A DNA stretch of 64,000 bases from Cyanophora paradoxa CCMP329 (lineage: Eukaryota; Plantae; Glaucophyta), in the NCBI GenBank assembly GCA_004431415.1, contig QPMI01000004.1, positions 1-64,000 of the forward strand, in the 5' to 3' direction. This document shows, piece by piece, positions 20,783 to 34,397 of the stretch; the stretch's first letter is position 1, and the number at the start of each line of letters is the position of its first letter. Made by a program: the position numbers and the translations under genes. The notes under the pieces are model-generated. The model ran no database searches and was not told the origin of the DNA. It saw nothing but the letters and a program-made list of their open reading frames with translations.

Positions 20783-22402
20783 TCATGGATGCATGTCCTT
20801 GAGAGCGGATAGGAGTACAGCGATCTGCTCAGGAGTCCCTACTGAGAATCGCACACAGTCTGCAAGACCGGTACTATTGTAATACCGGATAAGAATGCCA
20901 AGGTCCTCCAGGCGCTTCTTCACGTCAGCAGCGGTGAGGCCCATGTGATTGGGCAGGACACGGGCCAGAACGAAGTTGGACGAGGATGGGAAGGGGGCTA
21001 GAAACGGCAGGGCAGCGAGGCCTGCAGCAAGCTGCTCACGAGCAGCCACCATTCGAGAGAGGTTCTCGAGGAGAAAATCAAGGTCTTGCAGCGACGCGAC
21101 TGCGGCAAGCTGCGATGCCACCGTGACATTGTACGGTTGTTTGATCTTCCACAGATGTTCTGCCACATGCAGCGGGAAAGCTCCGTACCCAATCTGCAGA
21201 AGGGTCACACAGCTCAATGACAGCGCTGCTAGTCATGCACCCGCATGCCAGCGAGTCCGGCCATCTTCGAAAAAGTGCGAAGCACCACAAGGTTCTCGTG
21301 GCGAGTGACCCACGGCATGCGGCTCTGGCCAGCGAGCCGAGGGCGCTGGCCCGGAATGCATCCGCCCTGCACCATAACAGTATTGGCATTACGCTCGGTC
21401 CGTGTATGATTGAATGAGAAGCACCTGGAACTCGACGTAGGCCTCATCAAGAACGATAATGGCGGGCAGAGCAAGAAGCCGTTCCAGGTCGGCGTCCGAC
21501 AGCAAAGATCCGTCGGGATTGTTGGGTGAAGTCACGAACACAAGCTTCGGATGCGGGCGTACGGCGTCGGGTCCGAAGAAAAGCCTTTCGATGCCATCAA
21601 CATCGACAGAAAAGTCGGCGCCGCGCCACACGTTCAAGACGCGCGCCCCCGAAACGTCACCGTCGAATTTATACATCCCGAACGTTGGCGGCGTATTAAC
21701 GACCGCGTCGTTTGGGTCCACATACGCTCGAAACATAAGATCGATCAGCTCGTCCGCGCCTGCACTTTGAGGTCTGAATCCGCGTGCATTGTCGAAGGGT
21801 CTATGCGGGCGCACCATTCCCGCACAAGATATGGTCCTCAGCGACACCGGTCTCTTCTGCCAAAGCCGCGCGCAGCTCCCGGCTTTCCGGGTCTGGATAA
21901 ATGTGCAGGTAGGGAGCCGCCGCGAGCACCTCCCGCACCTGGAGGGAAAGATCCCACACCTGGAGGGAAAGATCTCACATCAAGATGGGCTCACCTTCGG
22001 AGAGGGCCCGTAGGGGTTCTCGTTCGCGTCGAGCTTGATGATCTCCTCGGGCTTTCGGCCTAGCTTCTTGCTGAGTACTTCGAAGGGCAAGATAGGAACG
22101 TAGGGCTCCATGGAAGTGACATTTGGGCGCACAAGCGAGCGAACCCCCGCGGGTGCTGCCTGCGACTCTTGCGTTCTAGTCAGCCGAAGCGGGGCGCGCG
22201 CGCAGATTTAGTTTGCAAATGAACCGGCTGCTGTCATGAGGAAACGCGGCTCCGTCCGCGCGCACGCTTTGCCGGTCCCTATGCACGGTGCTCGCCGTGC
22301 GATTACCGGAGATCCCGCGAAGCCGCTCCGACCCGAGGAGGTATCCTGGAGCGGTCTGGCCAGCTGCGTCCGTACAGCAACAGGACCAAAGACGAAAGCC
22401 AT
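20783..22402 (-). CDS. hisC: Histidinol-phosphate aminotransferase, plastid-targeted, multi-exon
   Basis: PYVPILPFEVLSKKLGRKPEEIIKLDANENPYGPSP, GADELID, SPNNPDG, LDEAYVEF, LRTFSKMAGLAGMR. MAF- transit peptide. Confidence 0.96.
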
Positions 22403-23082
22403 CGCGGCTAGAATGCAACGCGGGGGATACAGCACATATGTCAGCACATACGTATGTTTATGGCGTGTCATTATAACGTTAACGGAAGCACGCTAGCGCT
22501 TTAATTAGCACTTTTGCGAGCTTTTTAGCACGTGTACAGTTACATATACCGGCCAGCGCTAGCGCTAGCGCGCGTGCACGGGTCACCGGGTTCCCGGAGT
22601 CCTTCACACAGGGGCTGGCCCCGGATTCGAGTCGGTGCACTCGGTTAGCGTCTACTCTCAACCATTAATACTGAACCACAAGTACTGCGATCGCGAGCCC
22701 TGCCTGCCTGGCTCAGCGGCTGGCGACTATCGACAAGGTCACGTAAACCTGGCCATGGCCATGGCCATGGCCGTGAGCCCTGATTCAAGGATTAAAATAT
22801 AATAATTATAGGCTGCTCTCGATCGCGAGCACTTCATGATCAAGCTTTTCTGTTCTTCCTTGATCATGACCATACCCACCCCTTCAACAAGTAACAGCAC
22901 AACCTTTTTTTTTTGGAAAGTCTGTTGCATTCATACTCACTTGAAAACAGTCCCCTGCTCCGCGCGCGCCTCCGATACTAAGATGCTGAGTGCAGGAGGA
23001 GATAGTCCCCCGCTCCGCGCCTCGGATACTAGAGTGCAGGAGGAGCCTCGGAGATAGATCACAAGAGTGCTACAGCTAGTAT

Positions 23083-23310
<228 letters not shown>

Positions 23311-23595
23311 TCTAGAGCAAGTAAAAGACACGCCCACGCCAGCATGAATGGAAGGCTGGGCTAGTATACGTAGTATACGTAGTGTCGTGCTTGGCTTTAA
23401 TTTAGCTGTAGTCTACCGAGTCGCCTCCAGAACAATGTGCCGGTCCTCTAGCAGCTGCAGTGAGCCGCGGCCGTGCACGTGGTGCACTCTGGCCTATCTT
23501 ATAGTGGAGGAGGTACGGAGGTAAATTTTTGAAATTTTGCTGCGCCAGCTGCAGTGCCCCCACTTGCTAGGGATCTAGGAGCGCATACTACTAAG

Positions 23596-24671
23596 AAAAT
23601 TAATACAGCAATTGGGTTGGGAATTATGTGTTGTGTGATGGCGCAGCGAGGGGGGCAGCGGGCTAGGCGACAGATGGCAGTAATGGAGCTTGCATGATAC
23701 TGAACACGATACATTCGGCGGCGTCTAGCTCCGTCACCATCGATTTTCGACCACTGCGGGCGCGGGCTTCCCGGCGCAGGATCGCTAAGACAGCTACACG
23801 AGTACTATGGGATCGGCGCGCATAGGTCCTTTCCGCTAGCGGATCCACGCTGCGCGCCCGCGCGCCGCCCGCCCAAGTGCTGCACGACCAGCGTGGGCAG
23901 CCGTGACGGCGAGCGAACCGCTCGGGGCGGATGCGGCGAAACTCTGAATGCGTGCCGCTCTAACCGGTCGCAGCGCTGGAGCGGATTTGGGGGCGACCAA
24001 AACTGGTAGGGGGGCACCAAAAAACTGGGAGGGGACACCAATTCCAGATTGCGCGGCAAGTCGCGGCAACCATCGCCGGCATGGCGGCCGCTGCGCCGGC
24101 ATGGCGGCCGCTGCGGCAACTCCCCGAACCTTCAAGAGAGGAGCACCAAAAGCCACTGATACGGAAGTTGCCGCAGCGGCCGCCATGCCGGCGATGGTTG
24201 CCGCGACTTGCCGCGCAATCTGGAATTGGTGTCCCCTCCCAGTTTTTTGGTGCCCCCCTACCAGTTTTGGTCGCCCCCAAATCCGCTCCAGCGCTGCGAC
24301 CGGTTAGAGCGGCACGCATTCAGAGTTTCGCCGCATCCGCCCCGAGCGGTTCGCTCGCCGTCACGGCTGCCCACGCTGGTCGTGCAGCACTTGGGCGGGC
24401 GGCGCGCGGGCGCGCAGCGTGGATCCGCTAGCGGAAAGGACCTATGCGCGCCGATCCCATAGTACTCGTGTAGCTGTCTTAGCGATCCTGCGCCGGGAAG
24501 CCCGCGCCCGCAGTGGTCGAAAATCGATGGTGACGGAGCTAGACGCCGCCGAATGTATCGTGTTCAGTATCATGCAAGCTCCATTACTGCCATCTGTCGC
24601 CTAGCCCGCTGCCCCCCTCGCTGCGCCATCACACAACACATAATTCCCAACCCAATTGCTGTATTAATTTT
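23596..24671. repeat. Long inverted repeat / foldback element (arms 23596-24121 and 24166-24671)
   Basis: The arms are reverse complements apart from a 20-bp tandem duplication in the left arm; 44-bp spacer. Confidence 0.95.
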
Positions 24672-24744
24672 GGACCAGAATGCGCTCTAGTGTCCCTGAT
24701 ACCCACTGCTGCGCCGAAAGCCCCATCGCAAATTCAATCATACG

Positions 24745-26900
24745 ATGGATCCGTACAAGGTGCGCCTTCATTGCGTACGGCTCGAAACCGAACTGAATCA
24801 TCCTTCCGAAAGCATATTCCAACGAGCGCGGCGAACGCGCAATTCTGGACCACGAACTACGGTCCACGTTTTCGTCTTCGGGCCGTTCCGTCCAGCGCCT
24901 GACTCTACCGGCACAGGGGCTCCTGTTTGGAATAACAACTCCTCGCTCACCGTTGGGGTGTGTTGTGCGCGCGGTCATGTGCGCGGACACTTTACACCGA
25001 TTTCCGCTGCAGCCGCGCGGGCCAGTCCTATTGGAAGATTATCATTTGGTCGAGAAGCTCGCCAACTTTGACCGCGAGCGCATTCCTGAGCGCGTCGGTA
25101 CGCACGCTTGCAAAGCGCTGTGTGCGCGCGCCAACGTGCTGCAGTGCATGCGCGGGGGGCATCGGCCAAGGGCTACTTCGAAGTCACACACGACGTCTCG
25201 CACTTGACATCGGCGGATTTTCTGCGGACAGTTGGCGTGCAGACGTGTGTTTCACGCAGTGAATCGAAATATACCTTCGTGAGGGCTAACCTTGTTCCTC
25301 AGGCCGCTTATTCTGCGTTTCTCGACCGTCATTCACGAGCGTGGATCCCCTGAAACGCTTCGTGATCCACGCGGCTTTGCTGTGAAGTTCTACACCCGCG
25401 AGGGTGCGATTAATGCACGTGCCATTTAGGCTCTCCTGCTGATGCTTGTTGCCTTCGATGACGTAGGCAACTACGATCTCGTGGGCAACAACTTTCCCGT
25501 ATTCTTTATCCGCGATGGCATTAAGTTTCCTGACATGGTGCATGCCCTGAAGCCGAACCCGAAGACACACATTCAGGAGTGGTGGCGCATTTGGGACTTC
25601 TTCTCGCACCATCCAGAGTCGTGCCACATGTTCACGTTCCTTCTCGACGACATTGGAATTCCTCAGGACTACCGCCACATGGACGGCAGCGGAGTCCACA
25701 CTTTCGTCTGGGTCAACAAGCAGGGCAAGGAGACTTTCGTGAAGTACCACTTTCGGCCGAAGTGTGGTGTCGCCTCTCTCCTGGACGAAGAGGCCGTCCT
25801 TGTCGGCGGCAAAAATCATAGGTAGTTTCATTTTATTTTCTGGCATGCAAGAGTTGTTTTTCATCTGCGGGTGTCCGTAGCCATGCTACCCAGGACCTGA
25901 CTGAGGCCATTGCCCGAGGCGAGTTCCCTGAGTGGACCCTGTACATTCAAACCCTTGACCCCCAAGACGAAGACAAGGTGGTTGCGATGATAGGCCAGTT
26001 GACACTTTCTGAATGCCCTGGTTTTCGCAGTACGACTTTGATCCACTTGATGTGACGAAGACATGGCCGGAGGACGTGTTTCCCCTGCAGCCTGTCGGGC
26101 GTCTCGTGCTGAATCGCAACATTGACAACTTTTTCCTTGAGAACGAGATGCTTGCTTTCTCCCCATCCAATGTGGTTCCTGGAATCTAGTGTGCACATTC
26201 TTTGCACTCTGTTTTGCTCTCATTTCTCGCCCTTCTTCAGCTGATTGCTCTTCTCCAGCTACTCCCATGACAAGCTTCTGCAGACCAGAATCTTCTCGTA
26301 CCCTGACACCCAAAGGCACCGCCTTGGCCCAAATTACCTCCTCCTGCCGCCAAATGCTCCCAAGACGAAGTTCCACAACAACCGTGCCCCCGCTTTCTTG
26401 CACTGTCCTTCTGCAGGTGGTAATCCAACATTGTCCAGATCATGAGGGCTTCATGAATTTCATGCGACGGGATGAGGAGGTCAACTATTTTCCCTCGAGA
26501 TATGACTCTGCACGCAATGCAGATCCGTGAGCATGATTTTTTGTCTCTGTGTGACTTCAACTTGACATGTTTCTACCATGACCCCAGGTATCCTTTTTCC
26601 ACAAGTGTGCCCACAGGCCAAAAGACAAAGTCTGTCATTCCCAAGGAGAACAACTTCAAACAGGCTGGAGAGCGCTTCAGATCTTTTGACCCTGCACGCC
26701 AGGAGCGCTTCATTCGAAGGTTTGTGAGTTCACTGCATGGGGTGTCAGACCCTTCTGACACAAAATACAGACTGGTGGATGCCCTTCGATGCCCTCGCAT
26801 CACACACGAGGTTCGGGGAATCTGGCTCTCGTACTGGAGCAATTGCGATGCTTCCCTTGGCCGGCGTTTGGCCCACGCCCTTGGCAAGCCCGTTATGTGA
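24745..26900 (+). CDS. CAT: Plant-type monofunctional heme catalase, about 12 short introns
   Basis: [64 protein letters not shown]. Confidence 0.98.
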
Positions 26901-27175
26901 TCTTCTTCACATGAAATGCCCTAGGGCATGATGTTCACCTTGTAATAACAAGCAATTCTTTCTTTTGTGTTACCAGAGGGCAATTTTCTGCTACCAAGGG
27001 CAATGTGCCCTTGTGAATGGTCCAATGCACATATGTGGACTCCTCTGCCTCCGCAAGGATTGATGGGAATGGTTCCAAAAAGTGACAGCAATAAGATCAC
27101 AGAAGAGACTCTGAATGAAAGATCACAGCAAGGAGTGCAACAAAGAATGTGAAAATTTACAGCGAGAAGTGCAGT

Positions 27176-29007
27176 TCAGTTAGGGGGGCTTTTTGACTGA
27201 GCTGCTGGCGGCACTGAGAGAAGTCCGGCTGGCGGCTCCTGACTCCTATGCATCTTAGCACTGAACGCATGAGCTGCACGGCGCCGCTCTTCTGCCCGGG
27301 CAATTGCTGCATCCTCAGAGAGATCCTCTGGTTGGACATCTGTGTCCAGCAGGCCTTCCTCTTCGAGAAGGCACTTCATGAATGCAGCAAGTGCCCGCTT
27401 TGTAGCTGTCAAGCTCGTTAGCCTCAGGAGAGTATGCCTCCTTTCCCAAGCCTCCTGCACGTGGGATTTAAGTTGCTGATGATTTGAAAACAGGTTCAAA
27501 ATTCAAAGACTCACCTGAAGGCGCAAGTCAACAGTGTTTCCATTTGTACGAAGACAGCTGATCGTTTTTGGCCAGGAGGTGGGGTGCTGCACACCAGCAC
27601 ACATAATACACAATAAGAGAAAGTAATCCAAGAATAATCTTGCTTATTTCTTACCGTGCATCGTGGCATCGATATAAAAACACGGTTGAAATCTTCATCA
27701 AAAGCTACTACCTCCTCGAAATCTGATTGCTGCGGAAGCTTCCCAGACAGCTCTGTGGGCTCGTGCAAACTCTGTGCTCCAGCTGGTTCTTCATCGGAGT
27801 CCAGTTGAACACCAACTCTCCGCACTTTTCGAGGGCACGGCCCTAGCCCATGAAGTCCCCTCCACCACCTGTTCTGGTTCACCTGGGGGTATTGCAATCA
27901 AATTGCCTGGCACACCTTTGCACCACAGTTGCAGCCCATGCACGTGCATCACGAACGGCCAACCACTTTCGCCGACACATGAAACTGAGAATTGATTTAG
28001 AACAGCTCAAAAAATCAAACTAAATTCGCATCACCTTCTCGTGATTGCCTGGACTGTTCGTGCAGCTCCAGAGGCATGAGAGAGGTACCAAATCGCAAGC
28101 GCCCTGAGCTTCCAGAATCGGTAGAGTCCTTGCACGTGCACTGCTGCTTCACTCTCCAGCCGGCGACGCTCAAGGGTGCCCCACACATGGGCCCCCCGGC
28201 CCACTGCAAGGACTCTCCGGACCCTCCGTCGCAGCCGGTACCAGCCCCATGCGATCTGTATTCGCTTGGCTGCTGTGTGCCAGCGTAGCCCTTGCTTGAA
28301 AAGGTCCTTGTCCCGGCACCACCGCAGCCAGTCCCTCAGCATTGCACCACAAGCCTCCTTCCGCCTTGACCACCAGCGAAGGAAGGCGAGCCGCACCCGA
28401 GCTTGTTTTCTTCTCACCGCGCATTGCAGCATAGTGGCTGCGGACTGCCGCCGCACCTGCGCGCGGCGTGAGCCGCGGATGGCGTGAGAGGTGCAGATCC
28501 GTGCCTCAGCCAATGCACTCTTGTTGATATCAGCACGAGACGCAGGACCAAGCGAGGCGATTCGAAGCGACCGGATCTGAGCATGCGAGCAGTAGCGGCT
28601 CGAGCAGCCAGCGTGAAGGGGCTCGCTCTCCTCCGTCCGCTGCGCCGCATGGGGTCTCGTGGGCGTCGCGTACAACCGACAGCCGTACAAAGCTACAACC
28701 GTCGGTCGCACCTTCGACATGATCTCTCGCTCCTCACCCCAGGCCCAGCCGCGGCCGATCGCTTCACGGTGCTTGCCCGACCGGTAGTTCCCATGCTGCA
28801 GGCCCAGGCGCAGGTCGTTGTGCTGCTGGGCGGGCGCGCAGCGAGGCAGGTCGTGCGTACCTTTGCTACGCCCGGGAGGCGCGTCCGAACCGATTGGCGC
28901 GCGGGCGCTCGAACTGTAAGCCTCGTCTGCGGCAATGCTATGGACGGCAGTATACGTGGCTCCTCATCGCCTGCATAAGCACTGCGGGGCTCCGAGGTCG
29001 CTCTCAT
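27176..29007 (-). CDS. Uncharacterised protein with several IQ-like motifs, multi-exon
   Basis: AATMLQCAVRRKQAR, AAKRIQIAWGWYRLR, AAVHVQGLYRFWKLR, AARTVQAITRR. Ends approximate. Confidence 0.55.
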
Positions 29008-29066
29008 TTCGGGCGTTTGGTGTACCCGGCCTCGGGGTATAGTGCACTTTCGTGGCGAGTGCAAAG

Positions 29067-29712
29067 ATGGTGCGGTTGCCCCTGTGCTTGAGCGCTGGCA
29101 CGCGGGCTCGCTGAGCGCCGGGATATGGGAGCGCTTGGCTAGGCTGCGGCTCTGGCGGATCTCCGCACTCACCGCAATGCTCATCCGTTCCACTGCAGGC
29201 GGGGAAGAAGGCGGACGATGCGAAGGGGAGCAAGGGCAAAGCCGCGAAGGCCGGCAAGGTCCGCGACCCTCCGCGCCTACGCTTAGCCGCCGAACGCTAA
29301 GATGCCACGCACAGCCATCTTCCTCCTCCAGCGGTGGCAAGGGTATGAAGCCCTCCCTAGCTCAAATCGCCGCTTGAGCTTATGTTCGCGATCGCCCGCT
29401 CAGGAAAGAAGAAGAAGTGGTACGCCACCTTCGCTGCTGACATGCACAGCGCATGATGTCTGCACCAGGTCGAAGGGCAAGATGAAGGAGAAGGTCAACA
29501 ACCTCGTACTTTTCGACAAGGCTACGTACGACAAGCTCATCTCGGAGGTCCCGAAGATGAAGCTGATCACTCCGTCCGTAATCTCTGAGCGCCTGAAGGT
29601 CAACGGAAGCCTTGCTCGCCGTGGCATCAAGGAGCTGATGGCGAAGGGCTTGATTCGCCTCGTCGCCGATCACTCTGCCCAGAGCATCTACACCCGTGCC
29701 ACGAACGCCTGA
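29067..29712 (+). CDS. RPS25: 40S ribosomal protein S25 (eS25)
   Basis: [28 protein letters not shown]...YTRAT. The first intron follows the ATG directly. Confidence 0.97.
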
Positions 29713-29935
29713 GCTGTACCCCGTGATTCTGTTGATGCAACCCGCCAGCCTCGCTTTCCTCGAAGCCGAGCATGTTGTTGGGTCGCGTGAGAGGAGCGCA
29801 TGAGAGCCGAGCACAAGCAGAGGGGAGCGCATGAGAGGCATGGAGCAGAGCAGAGGTGAAAGCAGAGCATGTTCTTGTGAAACACAGCTGCAGAGTAGAA
29901 ACTCGATTCAGAACGTGATTTAGAAACTCGAGCTG

Positions 29936-31869
29936 TTAAGCAGTTGGCTGGTCGCTCTCGAGCCATTTGTCCCATTCTTGAAGTCGCTTTGCTTCTTCCT
30001 CCACGCTCTCCAACACCTATTTACAACGAAATTACCAGCTAAAAGACGGAAGATCAAAAATATGGATTCGTACTCGGTAGTCAGTCTTGCCATCGTAGAA
30101 CTCTGCCGAAATTTGTTTACCACCAAACCAACGCCCATGCATAGTCTGCACAAAAATGAGCATCACACCGGCCCACACAAACATGCACTGAATGATTTAT
30201 TCACTCACTTCGATGCATTTCTCTGCTCCGGAGCTTAGCTTAAACTTCACTGCCACAACCCCATCGGCATTTTTCTGTGCAACGGTTAGAGCTTGGAGCT
30301 CATGCAAACACCGGACAGAATGTGGTTACCTCGAAAACTGTGATCTTCTCGACCTCCCCAATCTTCTGTGCTTCTTCTCTGATGTCTTCTTCAAGGGTCG
30401 CCCTGAAATCAGGATCCTGCTCAAAATTCAAAAAACGATATCTTATCTCCACGAAACGATATAAAGGATATAAAAATGACATCAACAAAGACCTTGAAGT
30501 CAGACGGTTGAAACAATTGTTTCATAATCACAATGCGAAGTCCTCGGCCGTCGTCTACATCCTCGTCCCACGCCAGAAGCCTGAAAAGGCACACCAGGTT
30601 GAAGCTCGAACACGAATGGCACGCAAATACATCTTTTCTCACTTTTTCGCCAGTATTTTCGTGGAGGTCGTGGTCTGTTTCTTGTCTTGTTTTTTGACAC
30701 GCGGTAGGTACACATCGCCTTTCTGCTGGAACTCAGCCTGCGACAATTAACACGTAAGTGCCTTCACGGCTCTCCTGGAAGCCATGCACATGGAAAACGA
30801 ACTTGTTGCACGGAGACAGGAGTCCCTGGGCGGATGTCATTCTGGTCTAAGATCTTGAGAGCGAGCTCGACAGACTCCTGTTTCAGATAAGTGACCCGTG
30901 CATCTCCTTTGGGTTGCCCATCTGCTCCAGTGTAGATGCGTATCAAAGGCTTGCCTGCTGGTCAAGGAATATTCATTGGACTCCCAATCCAAGCTTTTTG
31001 CAGGAAACGGATTCACTGCACCACTCTTTTCATCCGGCTTCAGAACTCCACACTTGCTAAAAAAATCCCGAATTTCGTCTTCAGTGATATCTCGAGGGAG
31101 TCCCGTGACATAAACATGTGTGTTGACCTTCGGTTTGAACCACTTCATCTTCTTCTTTTCCTTCTGCCGTTTCCGCTTTTCCCGCTTGGCCTGTGCCAAA
31201 GCTCAAGGAAAAGTAGAGCCAAGAGTGGGAGTTGACGCACTGCCATCTTCTTCTCGGCCTCGGGGTCCAGCGGGTTCGGAACTCCCTGCGAAGAGCTCTC
31301 GGAACCAGATACAGCCGCCTCATCTTGATCATTGCCTCCCGCAGATCGCTGTCGGCCTACTTTTCCCGCGTTCGCGCTCGCACTTCCTGGAGCGCCTTTA
31401 AATGCGACCGCAAATTGAAATTGAGAGCGGCACCATCAACCGCATCGTGAGCAACAGTTGACGCCGCGTCGGACTCTGTTTAATAGGAGTTATGAAGAAA
31501 CCGTCAAATCGCTGTCGAGACGGCGTCCAACCTGCCGCATCCTTGGCAAGCTGGAACTTGCTTGCGAGCTCCGTCTCTCGCAGCTGCGTCCACGTGGCCA
31601 GACCCTCGCCCCAACAAAACGTGGCTTCACCGATCTCGCCTTCCAGGTACAAATCGCATAGATCTTCGAGACCCCTCAGCGCGAAGCTCAACGTCCTCCT
31701 CAAGAAGCGCACCGTCCTCGGTTAGGGGGCCGATTTGCTGCTTGTGCAAATCGACATAGTACCAGCTGCGCAGCGACGCTGACATTGCCGATTGAATTTG
31801 AGCTGCGAACTCGGAGCTAGGGGGGGCGTCCTCTTTTTCGGCGCAGCAGTTCTTGTCAAACAGCGCCAT
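29936..31869 (-). CDS. HTATSF1: HTATSF1/CUS2-like splicing factor (GYF_2, RRM, UHM)
   Basis: NTHVYVTGLPRDIT, KGDARVTYLKQESVELAL, LEEDIREEAQKIGEV, MHGRWFGGKQI. Start uncertain. Confidence 0.9.
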
Positions 31870-32005
31870 GCTCTAGCCATGACTCGCCCTGGCAAGTTTG
31901 AAGGCTACAGTTAACTGCATGATCAACTTGGCAAGGTGCTGTTGAAAGCCAGGCATTGGCGAACAGGACGAATTTAGCTTTCCAATGTCTAGCTTGGCCA
32001 CTTCA

Positions 32006-33527
32006 TCACTGAATCGAATTCCCAGAGGAGAACAACGCTTCAGTTAGAAAGAGCACTTCGCCCAAAGCAACCAGGAGGGTTGCTGCGTAGAAGAAGTTGA
32101 CATTTGCAGCAGAGCGCTCAATCCAGAGGGAAAGGGCCAGAGGCCCAAGGCCAAGCCCGCATATGATGAGCACGAAAAACATGAAGACACGTCGCATTTC
32201 TATCAAAAGGATCATATCAGGTACACGTCCGATGGAATAAAGAATGCTAAAAGTACCGTGCATCTGTGCTCCGTGCGCCGGAAGAAAAGATAGAAGAAGC
32301 GAAGCTTGACTCAGGGTCGGCGAGGAGTGGAATGTAAGGGAGATACCCAAGCAAAAAAACAATCCAAGCGAAGAAACGTGCCTAGGAGAGCTGTCAGCAA
32401 ATAAAAGCGAGCGAAGCACGAAACAACCCACTCCAAAGCAATGCCAACACAGGCCACCGTGACTACAGATTGGAAGAGAATGCAGAATTTGAAGAAATCC
32501 CGAAAGTGTGGGAACACCTAAGCCTCGTCGTCATTTCCCACGAAACTCTTGACTAGAATGGTGAAAGTACTTGGGTGAAAAGGTTCCAGTGCAAGCCATG
32601 CCGAGGTTCCAGGTGCCAGTCGGTGTGTAGAGACATGAGCCAGTTACTGGCAAACTGGTGTGTCCAAAGTGAAAAGAGTCCAGACCACAAAACAACCCAT
32701 AATGCATAGTGCAACACGCCCCTCTGCTGGGAAGCTCGGCTGAGAAGGCGCCAAGAGGCGGGAAGGGCACCGTGTGCAGGCCCATGCCGAGGGCAAGCGT
32801 TAAGAAAATTAGCAGTCCTCTTTCGGGATCCAGAAACAGAGCCAGTGAAACTCCCAATGAGGCTATCCGCGGGCCACCTGACGTTATTGTGCAATGAGGT
32901 ACTGCACAAAAAAGCACTCTCGTGCAGATCAGATGAACCTTTGTAGCACGACATTAAGATGAGACCTAAAACAGCGTTTAGCACGTGCTCAACTCCTGTT
33001 GCCGTATTCCAGAGGATCAATAACGGATTCAAAAGGTACCTAACCATAATATCAGAAAATAAAAAAGTTTAAAGCTCGACAGGACAAACAAGCAAGAAGC
33101 GATGAGTGCCGGTCTGCGGCCAGCCTGCCAAAACAGCCTTAATCGGATGACATTGGGGGAACGACAGCCGACATAAGCAAGCTCCACGTACATCTGTCTC
33201 GACGCGCTTGGCGGCATGCCCGAGACATGCAGCGACACACAGATCGGCGGCAATCGTCAGGCCGTGCTCAAACGCTGGCCCCCGCCTTCGGGCAAGCGCT
33301 TCCACCCACACGAGCAAGGGCGCTCGCTGTGAGTCTGCAATTCCCAGAGACCGAAGATGCACCTGCTCGGCCCCTGCCGCGGGCCGGCTTCAAACACTCG
33401 CCGGCTACACGGACCGGCCAAACGGACCGGCGCGCAGGCTTGAGACGGTCGAAATCGGCTGGGGGCTTTTGCCGAAATGCCACACGGCGGTTCTCAGCGC
33501 GACCGCGACGAGCTCCGGCCAGACCAT
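32006..33527 (-). CDS. PIGU: GPI transamidase subunit PIG-U/GAB1
   Basis: YLLNPL, LEPRHGLHWNLFTQVFPHFRDFF, LWIERSAANVNFFYA; polytopic hydrophobic protein. Confidence 0.85.
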
Positions 33528-33573
33528 GGCAACCCCCAAACACCCTGTACACCCTGAATTTGATCCCGATCCC

Positions 33574-34234
33574 ATGGGGAGGAATCTAATCGTCAGCGAG
33601 AACGGCGGCAGCATCGTCGAGTTCTCGAGCCAGTAGTACGTGCTTTCTCCCTGCGAGCGCCACAGCCGCCGATACACGCGCAGCCATCACGAGTCTCGCT
33701 GTCTAAACCTGCTGATCCGGGACCCGGGGCTTGTGTGGTTCTCGAGCGTCACAGAACCACGTGCGCGGTCGGCGCCGCGGCGTTTCGCCGGCGCTGATGC
33801 TGCGCAGTGCCCCAGCACGTCGTCTTCAAACTCGCGGAACCCTCCAGCATCTCGCGCGTGGGCATCTACCTCCATGGCGAGAACAACCAGAGCCCAAAAC
33901 GTTGCGTGCTTGTCCTCGATGCTCCGCCTGCCGACAATCGTAGCCCTGACCTCGATGTTGCGCAGACCTTCAGGTGCTGCTGTCGGCCGACGGGCTAAAA
34001 TGGGATGCAGTCGTGGATGCCGAGCTGGAGCACCGGGCGGGGGACCACCTCTTCGACGTCCCAGAGCGGCCACGCGCATCTTTCCTCAAGCTCGTCGTCG
34101 TCCGCGCCCCCCGCCCTTACTCGGCCCCGACGGGGCCCCTTTTGACGTCTCCGTCCCTGTTGCAGACGGAGAACTTTGGCGGCTCGGGGATCTTCGTTTC
34201 GAAAGCATACTGCTTCGGGGAATCGTGCTCGTAG
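33574..34234 (+). CDS. Small galactose-binding/discoidin-fold protein, multi-exon
   Basis: GGSIVEFSSQ...NLL...WFS...PQHVVFKL...ISRVGIYLHGENNQSPK...LSADG...FLKLVV/TENFG. Confidence 0.65.
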
Positions 34235-34397
34235 AGAACTCGTGAGGCGTGCCCGTAGAGAATTTTGCGAGATTTCCAACCAAGAGCGGCACTTGAACAC
34301 ATGCACTATCCAAATTCGAAGGGTCATCTCGACGATGTCACCCTTCTAAGATTCGCAGTCAGGGCCCCCACGCTGATGGCAGAGGCGACGGGGGAGC

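Noticed and set aside
21937-21978. 21-bp tandem repeat in a HisC intron; CRISPR-like arrays generally
   Set aside because: A simple two-unit duplication; I found no repeat-spacer array anywhere in this eukaryotic window.
24131-24139. TTCAAGAGA (the synthetic shRNA loop) in the foldback spacer
   Set aside because: It sits in a 44-bp spacer with no vector sequence nearby; a chance match.
24745-26900. Non-canonical introns or a recoded stop at GGAATCTAG in catalase
   Set aside because: Each junction I checked resolves as GT-AG (TA|C gives Tyr).
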